A DNA stretch of 60,752 nucleotides, filler included, from Platydemus manokwari (taxonomy: Eukaryota), in assembly GCA_037951405.1 (NCBI GenBank). It is 4 parts of 4 records of this genome, joined end to end, with 100 filler letters (N's around TTAATTAATTAA, not from the genome) between each part and the next. Parts side by side here need not be neighbours in the genome. Positions count along the whole stretch, not along the records: positions 24,525 to 35,082 come from JBBMOY011124330.1; positions 35,183 to 45,428 come from JBBMOY011154215.1; 2 more parts are not named here. One strand, 5' to 3'. Below the pieces are notes generated by a model that did no database searches, was not told the DNA's origin, and worked only from the letters and a program-made list of their open reading frames with translations. Positions 24,525 to 36,600 of the stretch are shown piece by piece; within the stretch, counting starts at the first letter, position 1; every line of letters starts with the position of its first letter. Position numbers and translations under genes: made by a program.

Positions 24525-25221
24525 ATCGTATCAAACGCGTTATTTCTGAATTTAATTAAAACAAGGCAAGATAACAATAAAATCAATATCGTACTTTGAA
24601 CTCAAGTATTTCGTTGTTTTGTATTGAAACCAGTTGGAATAATATTTATCAATATTATTTATAAACTAATAATTTCTTTGGATATTATGTTTAATAATTC
24701 ATTTCAATTTTCCTCATTCTATATTTTTTCTATTCATCAAGAGAGATAATTTTTATATTATCTTGTTATTTTATTGATATGGATATCCAATAAAATGCCG
24801 CCTTTACATTTTTCATCCATTTCAATATCGATGGCAAATCATTCCAATAGACCAGAGAAATATACTTCAAAACAATTCAATTGTCGTTAATTCTGCCTGA
24901 ATAATCGTTTTTTTCCATATATTTCACTTGGATGAGAAATGGTCAGTGAAATAAAGACAAACAGTAAGGAATTTATAACAAAAAATCGATATCATATTAT
25001 TACAGTGACATTAAAACATTTTTGTGTAATAAGCGGGCAACTTTTGAATAAAAAATCGATCGCTACATTAAAAATTTTGTATGTTTGAGATAGACCAGTT
25101 GTTGATGAACCAAATATTATACTGAACAACTCAGATGGATTTTGGGATTTGCTCAAAATTCTGATGTTAGAAATATTAAGAAGAATAATTGTTTAATCAA
25201 TATAAATCTTTAAGCTACATA

Positions 25222-25779
25222 CCGTGCGATTCATAAGTCTCCGTCTCTAAAACTAAAATAAAACAAAAATAAGAACAAACTAAATGTATTGAGTTAGTTT
25301 AATGCACAACAAAACACAATAACAGTAAGAACAAATAACGGTAAATAATGAGCAATTTCATAGCAACTGTTCAAAATGTTCACCATTTTGCTCCAAACTT
25401 TTCCTTCGTGATTTCTTCAGACGGTCATCCTGGAGGCAACCTATTGGTTAACTTTCTAGTTTCTTCAAACTTCAGTTTCCAGTATTGTACTGTTGCCCTA
25501 GCTGGTGGTACACGATTGAAATGTTGTTGAAATTCTTGGCAAGATTTGGTACACTACTCTGGCACACTATTGCACGGCTAACTATAAACACTTTATCCGC
25601 AAGCGAAAATTTAAAATCACCAGATGCTTCGGCCATATTGTAATAATGCAACTGATTAATAAAAAATAAAGTGCATTAATCAGTGAATAATAATTAATAT
25701 CAATGAGTATAAATATGTGAGTATAAATGATATTGTGTTTTATTTTAGTTTTAGAGACGGGGACTTATAAATCGCACGG
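25222..25779 (-). mobile_element. Internally deleted Tc1/mariner-superfamily DNA transposon
   Basis: About 45-50 bp terminal inverted repeats (CCGTGCGATT(C/T)ATAAGTC(T/C)CCGTCTCTAAAACTAAAATAAAACA) flanked by TA on both sides. The minus-strand remnant from the ATG near 25637 (MAEASGDFKFSLADKVFIV...QEFQQHFNRVPPARATVQYWKLKFEET...PPG*P) resembles the DUF4817-type N-terminal HTH. Confidence 0.9.
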
Positions 25780-26529
25780 TATGTCATATGTTTGTGAATT
25801 TTCAAATTCAAAGATCATTAAATACGAGTTATTTTTATTCATTTCTTGAGAGATAATTGTGGAATATCAACTAATGTATAGCAGTACAGAATTTCCGATA
25901 TAAATAATAGATTTGTAATTGAATTTGTATAGCTCCTCGATAAATACAAGCAAATTTAATGAAAAGAAAATAACGTTTTTATGGCTGGTGAATTATGGAA
26001 AAAATGAATATAAATATTGATTGATCAATAAAACAAAAACCTGAATTTTATGTAACAAATCAATAAAATCTTTTTCTCAAATCTGATTGAAATAAATCAA
26101 TTAACAATAAATTTAATGGCAAATGTGGATGATGTTACTATTATAGGATTTCCCAATGAAATAATAGAATGTTATTTAATTATTTTACTGGAGATATGTT
26201 GTAAGATGATCTTCTTTTTTTAAATTAAAGAAAAACATGTGTTTCGATGGTGTTAAATAATGTTGATTATGAGATATTTTGTTCGATAGGATTATTAGCA
26301 TCGATTCATGATCATTATTTATCGAATGTCAGTTGGTATGACTGATATGGTGATTTATTTTTAAGATGAGAAGGATTTGAAAAAGATATATACGACGATA
26401 AAATAGATCACTTTCACGTTTGCATTGAAATTCGAACTGCTGGTACTATTGGCCTCAATATCATTTGAAATTGTGTATTTTTAGAACACCAATATTTACT
26501 GTTGGTAATTCTGTTGAATTTAATTGAGA

Positions 26530-26530
<1 letters not shown>

Positions 26531-26565
<35 letters not shown>

Positions 26566-26566
26566 T
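26531..26566. repeat. (AAT)n microsatellite
   Basis: Direct reading. Confidence 0.9.
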
Positions 26567-27085
26567 TATTATTATTATCATGATCTAAATTTTTAAACAA
26601 GACAAGCGGCTCATGGAAATTAGAAGATCAATGTAGCGTATTTATAACCTGAGGCTAAACAAGGTTCAAATCTAGGTAGTGAATAAGAAAACAGGAATAA
26701 AACCTGTATTTGAATTTATGAGGAAAATCTTGCACGTTAATTATACTCGAGATCTCCTCATTAACTTCTGATTTACATCATAGAATTGAATCTGCAATTA
26801 GGACTTGTTCTGCAATTACGGCATAATTTAAATTCTATTTCCATTTCACAGAATGCTGAACTAATCGTGTTTATTCAGAAAATATAACTGACACGTACTT
26901 GTCAAAAGTATCGATTATTTACAATCAATTACAATGTGTTCTTAAATTTAAATTTGAAACTTTTTCGCTGTATACACAATGTAAACCTTTTCAATTCATT
27001 GTTTTTATTGGATTGTTTCAATATTGGGATTTATGTTTTGATCATGGTTATTGATTTTTGATGTATTATAGTGATAATAGGAAAA

Positions 27086-27530
27086 TGTGATAATGTATAA
27101 TGTTTTATATTTTATAATGATTTTATGAATTTATGTTTGTCGAAACAAATTATATTAATTTGTTTAAATATATAATTTGATGTCGTGTCATTCGGTTCGT
27201 TTATAATATGTGTGGTTTTAAAATAGCATTGGCTTAGCTGGAGACCACGCATCTTGGTTCAATTTTGAGAAGATCAATGACAGAATTATAGAAGAGAGGG
27301 AGGAAGATATTGAGAATATATAAGGAAGTTGTATAGAAGATATAAAAAGAAGATTGAAAAGGGTGTGTGAGAATTTCTTTTAAATGAATTAAATTTTTAA
27401 AGATTTAATTCAAATTTTATCTAAAATTATAATGGCAATGTTTATATAATTATATTTAAATCAATAAATTGGTGTTGTGACTTTTCAGTTCACTTTTAAT
27501 GTGTGGTTTTTAAAATAATAGCGACTTCCA
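27086..27530 (+). mobile_element. Miniature LTR retroelement (TRIM-like), copy 1, more degenerate
   Basis: Two related ~155-165 bp direct repeats. TGGAGACCACG follows the first (27239), a purine tract precedes the second (27366 TGTGAG...CTTCCA 27530). The internal region is similar to copy 2. The 5' boundary is uncertain and no TSD is seen. Confidence 0.7.
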
Positions 27531-29090
27531 ATCACAATATTTTGGCTAATAAAATCTTTTATAATGGCTTCATGTTCTTGCAGAATATTCGAAATTCTAC
27601 ATGTTTCGCAACTCGGATTTATAAATTATTCATACAAATTATTATTACATCTGTGAAAGAATTTATTTTCGTATTTCAATCCGAAATTTGCTTTTTTTTA
27701 TTTTTTTTAAATGTTCCACATAATTGATTTCAAGGGAATTCATCGATGTTGGAATAGTTCAAAGAAAATTGAAGCATCGTTAAAATTGACTTGCAATCGT
27801 GAATAATAATAATGAAAATAATAATAATGATGTCATTGCAAATCAGAGTTATCAGAAAAATAATCATTTGATTAAGTGTGTATAACGATATTGAACAACG
27901 ATTTTGCTCACTACACAGACAACATACATATGTAAATGGAACGATTCTTACTCACTCCACATATAAATAAATATAATCTACACATAAAAATATCGATGTG
28001 AGTATGAACGTCTTTTTATTAATCACTTAATGCTAAAATGCTCTTTGAAATATGCGAGTTCAAACATAGTTCAAATTTGTAACGAATCTTGATTTTCTCA
28101 TCAAACAAGTCATAACAGCTATAATAATAACAGTATGATATTAATAATCTTTAACTATTATTTTTATAAAAATGGTGATAATAATTCCCTAATAATAATG
28201 ATAATTATAAGTATGATAATAATTACTATTATGATAATAATAGCAATAATAATTATGATAATAATAATTGAAACGATAATAATAATAACAGTCAAAAAAT
28301 CATACTTTTAAATTTTATTTCAAAGAAAATAATATATTTTTACTGAAGCTCTTCTATCAAAGATACATTATATCGATTTTCGGAAATAAGGAGAAATAAT
28401 TTGTAACAAAGAAAAAAGTTTATGCCGATCAGATAAAAGACAATGCAGTTTTACGTAATGATGAAGAAATTTTCAATTCGAACGTTTAAAAATAGGCATA
28501 GCCGGTGAGAGTGTATTCGAATTTATGTGGTTATTTGATGATATATTGATACCGTATGAAGTTGAATATGAAATAAAGGCACAGGAAAAAATCAAAAATA
28601 CAGATGAAATTTCCAGAAATGATAACAAAGTAGAAAAAGTAAAAGCATGAAAATCTTTAGACAAAAAGTAAGAAATTAAATCAAGTTACTTTGTGCGAAG
28701 GAATACAGATATTGTGGGAAAAAACAATTTCTTCACACAGATATGTTTCAAAGAAAATTGTCTATTTGATATTTCTTCACGACGGTTGTACATAAAAGTT
28801 GAGACTGCTGAATGCACTTAAAACGATCAAATGCTGTTTTCTCACAATATAAAAGGGAATAACGGCAATTCTTTTGTGCACTTATTTTATAAATGAACAC
28901 AAATACTAACTATAAATCGAAATGTATCTCGATTTAATCTCCTCTTATCCATGATTATGGAGACGCTGGAAGGAATCGAGATGTTGTAATATATCAGAAA
29001 AGATTCAGACATCCAATCATCATTTGAGTTTGAGGAATTTTAATATTATTAATAGTTAATTTTAAAAAACATAACCATGTCTTTCCTTAG

Positions 29091-29689
29091 TGTCAGATAC
29101 TATCAAATGAATTAAATTTTTAATTCAAATTTAATTCTTATTTTATATAAAATCATATTTGTTTAAATATTTGTATATAAATAGATTTTTGGTGTCTTGA
29201 CTTTTCAGTTCGTTTTTAATATATGGTTTTTAAAATAGTAGCGACTACCATGGCGATCACGTCTCTGAATTCGATTCTGAAAAGACCAACTACTGAAAAT
29301 TATAGAAAAGCAGGAGGCAATACTGAGAATATATTGAGAACATATAAAGAAGATACAATGAAAATATAAATGAGTTGTAAAACAGATAAATAGAAGATAT
29401 AATGGAGATGTTAAAGAAGATATTAAAAGATAGAAGAATTGGAGTTTGCGTGTAATGAAATATGTAGAGTATTTGATAGAGAGATAATTAGTGAATTAAA
29501 GATTTACAAGGAAGGAGGATGTGAGATATTTTTAATAAATTAAACTTTTAATTCTAATTTTATATAAAATCATATTTATATACAATTAAATTTTTTTTTT
29601 AATATTTGTATTGAAATAGATTTTTGGTGTCTTGTGACTTTTTAGTTCGTTTTTAACAAAAGTGGATTTTAAAATAGTAGCGGCTAACA
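29091..29689 (+). mobile_element. Miniature LTR retroelement (TRIM-like), copy 2
   Basis: LTRs 29091-29250 and 29520-29689, both TG...CA; PBS TGGCGATCACG at 29251; PPT AAGGAAGGAGGA at 29508-29519; flanks CTTAG/GTTAG (5-bp TSD, one mismatch); non-coding purine-rich interior. Confidence 0.85.
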
Positions 29690-32600
29690 GTTAGGATGAT
29701 TATTCACGCGGTAGTCCTAAATAATTTTAGGTAACATAAGATCATTCTGATATACATTTGAATTCCTTATGATTGAAATTATTATTATTATTTATAAATG
29801 TTGGATATTTATTTGCAAAATATCCTTCATCCGTACCATTGTCGTGGAAAAATTAATTACCAGTAATTGTCCCAGTGAATATTTTTCGCGAATAAAACCG
29901 AATTGAAATTTCGATATTGGTCTGATGTGAGATCCTTCACAACAAACTGGGCTAATTTCCCATCATAAATAAAATTCATTTTTATTTCATTTTTTTGTCA
30001 TTATACTACCAAATACCGAGTCAAGTATGAAGCTTGGTAGACTGTGAAGAAAAATTAATGTTCAACCATAATTATAATTGAGAAAAAAAATTTCCTATAA
30101 CTATGGAAGAAATGACTATGTTCGCTTGAAATCATTTATTTATCCTATGGGGAAGAATCGAAAATAAAAGTCAAAACTATTGAAAAACTTTCTCTTCCAA
30201 GCGATTGAATTAATATTTGATCACAGATTTATTTTTCTACGGTATCATGACGTGTATTATTTTATAATAATAGTTCTACCGATCTGTGATCAAGATTTTG
30301 GAAACAGTAATCATTTATTTAATTTTTATTTAAATAAAGCTTTTCACGTGATATGTTTTATGCATAACTATCAATTTGATACATATATCAGTTTCATTAT
30401 TCGTCAAAATTTTCATTCATAACCTAATATTATTCTACTATTTTATTTTTTAAAAATTTCTGTTAACGGCCAAAACATTTACACCGTTTTATCATTTGTG
30501 GAAATAAAGATTTGTGATAATTTTAAAATATTTCAAATAATTTTTAAATGGTCAATTAGAATGAAAATTTATTTTAAAAAAAAAACTATCAATGATAATA
30601 AATAGCTTTATGGAATTTGTTTGAACTTTGTGATAAATATAAATTTGGGGGTTGAACTTGTTAAAATGTGTTTTCGAATTCGTATGTAATCAAATAGTAG
30701 CAGCTAACAATTTTGTAATGGAATAATGTTTGACGCTCTTATGTGATATTAAAAAATAAAATACCAAACAATAACTAAATGTATTATAATGTATATCGGA
30801 ATTGTTTTACGAAAGCCTTCGTGAACATCAAACGAAAATTTACGATTGCCACAGATTTATTATAGTATTTTATTTCATTCGTAGTTTTTTTTGAAAATCA
30901 ATTATTAATGATAATAACAGTTCACTTTTAGAACAGAAAACAGGTCAAATAAATTTGAAAATCGATACAATTTACAGATAGTATTTTTATAAACCAGTTC
31001 CAATTATTAACCAACAATGTTTATTGCGTGAAAAAATTCGTCGTTACTGTCATCGATTTGCACAACATATGAGATGTATTACAACATATCATCATCATGA
31101 ATGATGTTGTTTTTGAGATATTTCAACACAAAAATCTATTGAGAATCGAAACTAGATGAATCAAGTATAAATAAATTAAGTGGATTCCAATGATTGATTC
31201 ATGAAAAACTTGAGAAAGATAGAGAATTTCGAGACTAAAGATTAATCGTTATAAAAATGTTCCTGTGGTGTCGGTTAATGCTTTGTAAAGGTTTGAAAGT
31301 TCATCATTTTAAGGTGAATAAATACCTTGAATGTCTATTGTCGAAACAAAATATTAAAATACCGTTTATAGTCCAGACGGGAAATTTGTTTAAACGATCA
31401 CATTGGGTTTACTCTAAAAATCTCTCATTATTTCAAGGAACCTATAAAATGTTAGATGCATTATCAATCAAAGGTTGGATTATTTTTGTTTTCATTTCAT
31501 TTCACGACCAAAATTTTGAATAAAAGATTAAAACTTGATATTATGAACCAAAATTTATCAATTTTCTGTCTTTTTGGAGGTGTTTAGTGAGCTGAATGTT
31601 TTCAAATTTTGATTTGAACAATGAGTTGATTGAAAGGATTGTTGTGGTTCTATCTTATACTAATGAATGTACAAGTCGGATTATGATTGGATAACCGATA
31701 TAATTAGAAATAATTCGATCAATTCATCCTTATATAGAACATTGTATTATTGCGCGTAATACTGATTAAAAACATCAAAAGAACATTTATTTATGTAATA
31801 AATTATTACATAATTCATAAAATACAAGCCAGAAATTAGTGTCGATTTTCAACTCTTTTAATCTAATTTATTGTTCTAGAAATGCACATTATTATTAATA
31901 ACTGATTTGAAAATACACGATTATAATAAAATATTATAATAAATTTACGGCAATCATATCATTAATTTTTGATGGTCATGAGTGGTTTTATAAAACGATT
32001 TTGATAAAACTTATTATTATTATAATGTTTTTAATTTTTGAAATCGATTTCAAATTTCTATAAATATAAAACGGTAACGCTTTCAAATACATTTGGCAGC
32101 CAACAGAATGGAATGTTTCTCGCTCAAATATCACACATGTCTTGCTCAATGATGTAAATGTTATCATTAATAATTCAATGAAATTTTTATTCCAAATCAA
32201 ACTCAATTTCGAAACTTTTCCTGAACTATTTTTCAAAACTATTTCCAAAATTTGAATCACATTTGTTGCCTGTGAATTTTAGTTTTATTTCTTTTCATAT
32301 TTTAAATATTGTTCAATTATTCTCTGAGATTGTTGTTGTCATGGATATGTTGTCATGGAATGTTGATTGTGATGGCAGAAGATTTTAATACGCGATTTAA
32401 CTACGTTTAGTCGAATAACTACCGTGCCAATTTATTAATATACCGGTTGCTATATATAGCCTCAATTCCATATAGAAACCCTAATTATACTGACAATAAT
32501 ATAATTGAAGTCAAATTGTTTATCGAAATATTGATTGAGAATATTTGTATAGATAATTCGATTTTGATATCGGTGTACATCTATTTAACATCAATAAATG

Positions 32601-35082
32601 TATAAAGGATTCATTTTTGTGTTGAAATTTTATTTAGTTTGTAATTAAAGAATTTAATCATAAGAAATCTGGTTGTTTTCCAATGTAATATCACATTATA
32701 TAATTCCAGAATTAAAAGATTGGATATGTCACATGAGATCGATAAATTTCTACATCATTTGCTGTTTTGGATAGAATTATAGCAATACGATATAAGGTAC
32801 CATCTGTCAATATGATATCTGATTCCATCTGTACAATTTCAACTTTATAGACTGAAATATTATGAATTCATAATTGATTGTAAACACATAACTGAAGTCA
32901 TTCTTTATTTTGGCTATGATTTGTGATTGATTATGCTTATTTTTTGATATATCATTGGAGACCATATTAAGGATCAAGCAAATCAATTAGGTACCGGATA
33001 ATGTAACAACATGCACCAAATTTGAATATTTATGGAAATTACGATGTTTGATTTTGTTAATTATTTTTATTTAATTAAAACAAAAAATATTATTGTCAAA
33101 TATTTCGAATATTGAGATCTATATTATGTTTGATTTGTGTTCACTCCCGCAATCAAATGATTTAATCGTCAAGTAAAATCGCTGATCTTGGCAGGATATT
33201 GATGAATATAGAAAATGTATAAAAAACACTAACAAATCATTTTATCCACTTGACAGCGATTATTTTATTTGATAAAATTTAATGAAAAATATGTTTTATT
33301 TGAATTTAATAATTGGTTTTAATATTGATTTATGTGGTCATTTATTGATTTATTAATTGAATTATAGGAAACAAAACATGATTATAGTGTGAAAATATAT
33401 TATTATCCATCTAAAATACTAATAAACCTTTGAGAATAAATAATTCATCATTATCTGTTGTTAATTAGGTTTATTATCAGGCTGGGTGAGTGAATTGAGG
33501 ATTATTTATCACATAAAATATAATCATCGAAATTATATATCATGTTAACATCATTTGAAAAGATTCTCTCGTTAATTTTTTGACAGCCATCTTTGACATT
33601 TTTCAATGATCTTTGAAACATTTGGGGCTTGTTTATTATATTTATCATTATAAATTTACTATATTTATTTCTTGATTTAAACGTTTTGATATTAATTTTG
33701 TAATACGTATATTTATAAATTATTAGATATTTATTTGTAAATAAATGATTTTATTCGAAAATTTAACGATCATAATTGTTTACGGATGAAGTTAAGATGA
33801 TTTGATGAAAGAACATTTATCAATCTCTACAATTAACCCTTTGAGTATCGGTATTTTTAGATTGGACTTCGATTTTCTTGATGGTTTAATTAACCTTTCG
33901 TTTTCATTCATCATCATTTATCATTGGATGTTTGATGTAGATGTTGAAATTATGTTTTAATCCATTTATAAGTATCTGCTCAACAGTGTAATGTTTCAAG
34001 TACCAAAATCATCGAAAACTTTGAATTAATGTTAATATATTTATTTAACTGTGAATTTTGACAGATATTTTATTAAATCTTTCTTATAAATCCATAAAAA
34101 CCAGAAAAATATAAAATTTCTAGTCAACATTTATTGGTAATGCTTTGTAATAATTTCCACTAGATAGATACAAGTTTCAGTTAATACAATCCACATCTGA
34201 TATTCGATACATGAAACATTTCTATTTCTATTCGATACATTGTTGGAAAGCACATTTTCATATATTATTTTTTGTTTATCAACTAGCTAAATACCGAATG
34301 TCAATAAAGATTTATTCATGACAGTTTTTTTATCATCTGCAAAATTTGGAAAATCTGATATTATATGATTTCCTTGTTTGAGGGAAATTTGATATTTGGA
34401 GATTGGTGTATTTTGTAACAGGGGAATATATTTCGGTTACAGTTCATCTTTTATACAATCGATATCATTTCATTTCTTCCCAATCAAATGATAAACCATT
34501 TGGAAAGGTCGATTGTTGACTGATTTGACTGTTTAAGATTCAAATCCATCTTTTCAAGTAAATCATATTTTACAATATGTATGAAGTTTATTTCTGTAGC
34601 ATTAAAATGTTTTCCAAGCTCGCAACCCGTAATGGATTTGATTAATGCTTGGTTAGGCTAAGAATTAAAATATCAGTGACTAAGTTATTTATTTTTCTAA
34701 ACCTGTTCCATAATCGCATTACATCATATGCTTTCAATACGTTATCTGAACTGTTTCTAAAATTAGAAATCTATCACGAAGTGTTTTTTGATTTTTCAAG
34801 ATTGGTGAAAATAAAATTAAATAATAAATTAACTAAAATATGTTTAACAGTCCCATTTCAGCACTTCAGGGGCCTTGAGCCTCTATTCAAGGAAATAGAT
34901 AATTCAATAAATTATAGATATGATAATACATAGCTGAGAAAAGAAATTAGTCTGCAATAATTCATAATATATTGTTTGAAATGTCGAAATGAAAACTGAT
35001 TGATGATTTTGTTTGTTCATCTAAGATCAATAAAATAATAAATTTAATTTTAATTAAAAATAAAATAGTTTAGAAATAAATA

Positions 35083-35182
35083 NNNNNNNNNNNNNNNNNN
35101 NNNNNNNNNNNNNNNNNNNNNNNNNNTTAATTAATTAANNNNNNNNNNNNNNNNNNNNNNNNNNNNNNNNNNNNNNNNNNNN
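35083..35182. other. Artificial contig linker
   Basis: N44-TTAATTAATTAA-N44. Confidence 0.98.
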
Positions 35183-36019
35183 TATGAATAGAGCTTCAAA
35201 ATGACGTGTATGTTAATGATTTGCTACAGCACACACACACAAGTGTTTACATCTGGTGTTAAATTCCGGTTATTAAGTTATAGACCCAATAATATTGACT
35301 TCAAAATTGTTGAACACTTTCTCAATTATTGCGTAAAAATATATCTCTCTTAATAAATTATTTGTGACTTTTCAAGTAATTTTTATATTAATCGAATGTA
35401 TCCTCACTATATTGATTACTCAAATGTTATTTTAAAAATATTTGAAACATTATTGGTTGAAAATATAAAATCTGTTTTTGTTTATATTTTGCAATTAAAA
35501 TTTGAAAACAATTAATATTGTGATGTACACAATTTCAGTATTTTCATGCGGATATCGAATATTAATTATCAAGTAATTTACTCTACTTCTTTTACAATTA
35601 TGAATTCAAAAAATTATAAGCAATCCTTTAGATTTTAGAAGTTATGTTTTTTTTCGATCGAGCTTCTTCAATTTGTACTCTTTTTCTTTCTAATGAAACT
35701 CCATATTAGACAAAAACGTAACATAAGATACCGAAACTTTGATATGCGAATTCTAAAATTAGTTAAAGAAAATTTTGGACAAAGAGAAAATGACAGTAGA
35801 AGTAGAAGTGAAAAAAGTTCTACAGTGAATAGCATTTTATTTAAACAGTGTTTTCAGTTGGATCCTTAAATTACCTAGAAGATATAAATAGAAATCACTA
35901 GTAATTTTGAAAATATTACTTCAATCAGTCAGATAAACGTTATTAGACATTCTTATCTCTATTAATTAAAAACAAACCGGATACCTCATCTAATATATGA
36001 AATTGGAACCCACAACATA

Positions 36020-36290
36020 CACTTGATCATCCCGGACTATCTTCGTAAATTATATTACAAATTTCTTGGAAAATCCCAATGGAAGACGAATATTTCCAAT
36101 TAGAGGATCAATAATGTTGTAGAAAGTTGATTTATATATAATAGGATATAATAATACTTAGAATATTACTTCTCCATCTTAGTGGAAAAGAAAACCATAT
36201 GTTAGTAAGATTACCATATATCTAGAGCTTATGTAGCTAACAAACCAGTAGAATATTGTGCAAAGATATCTATTTCGTTAAATAAACTGA
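36020..36290 (+). pseudogene. Possible heavily decayed piggyBac transposase fragment
   Basis: RAYVANKPVEYCAKI at ~36223-36268 resembles the piggyBac RQYxPxKPxKYGIKI motif; little other support. Confidence 0.3.
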
Positions 36291-36399
36291 AGAATTAACT
36301 GACAAAAATGTAAAAATAATTTACAAACTCTATCTTTTCGATAGGGTTTATAAATAAAATGAGATGTATGTGATATATAGAAATGAAATGGAAATTTGT

Positions 36400-36600
36400 A
36401 AAGAGTAAGAACTTATTCTAAGGATTGAAGAGCATGAAATATGGTCTCTCATAGTGGAGAAGATTTTAAAATGTTGTGACATCCTGGGGCACTCAAACGT
36501 ATTGAAAATGTATTGAAAACCAGAGAATAATATAATCTGATTTTGGATTATCAAGAGTTTGTCAAGTAAACATGAAACATGGTTAGGTATATTATGAATA
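36400..36600 (+). pseudogene. Possible decayed retroelement integrase zinc-binding fragment
   Basis: EKILKCCDILGHSNVLKMY resembles the ILxxxHxxxGHxGxxKT pattern; disrupted by stops. Confidence 0.25.

Noticed and set aside
27229-27270. tRNA/SINE-like A box (TGGCTTAGCTGG) and B box (GGTTCAATT)
   Set aside because: Spacing is too short, there is no cloverleaf, and the A box is absent from the second copy; it is better explained as the LTR end plus PBS.
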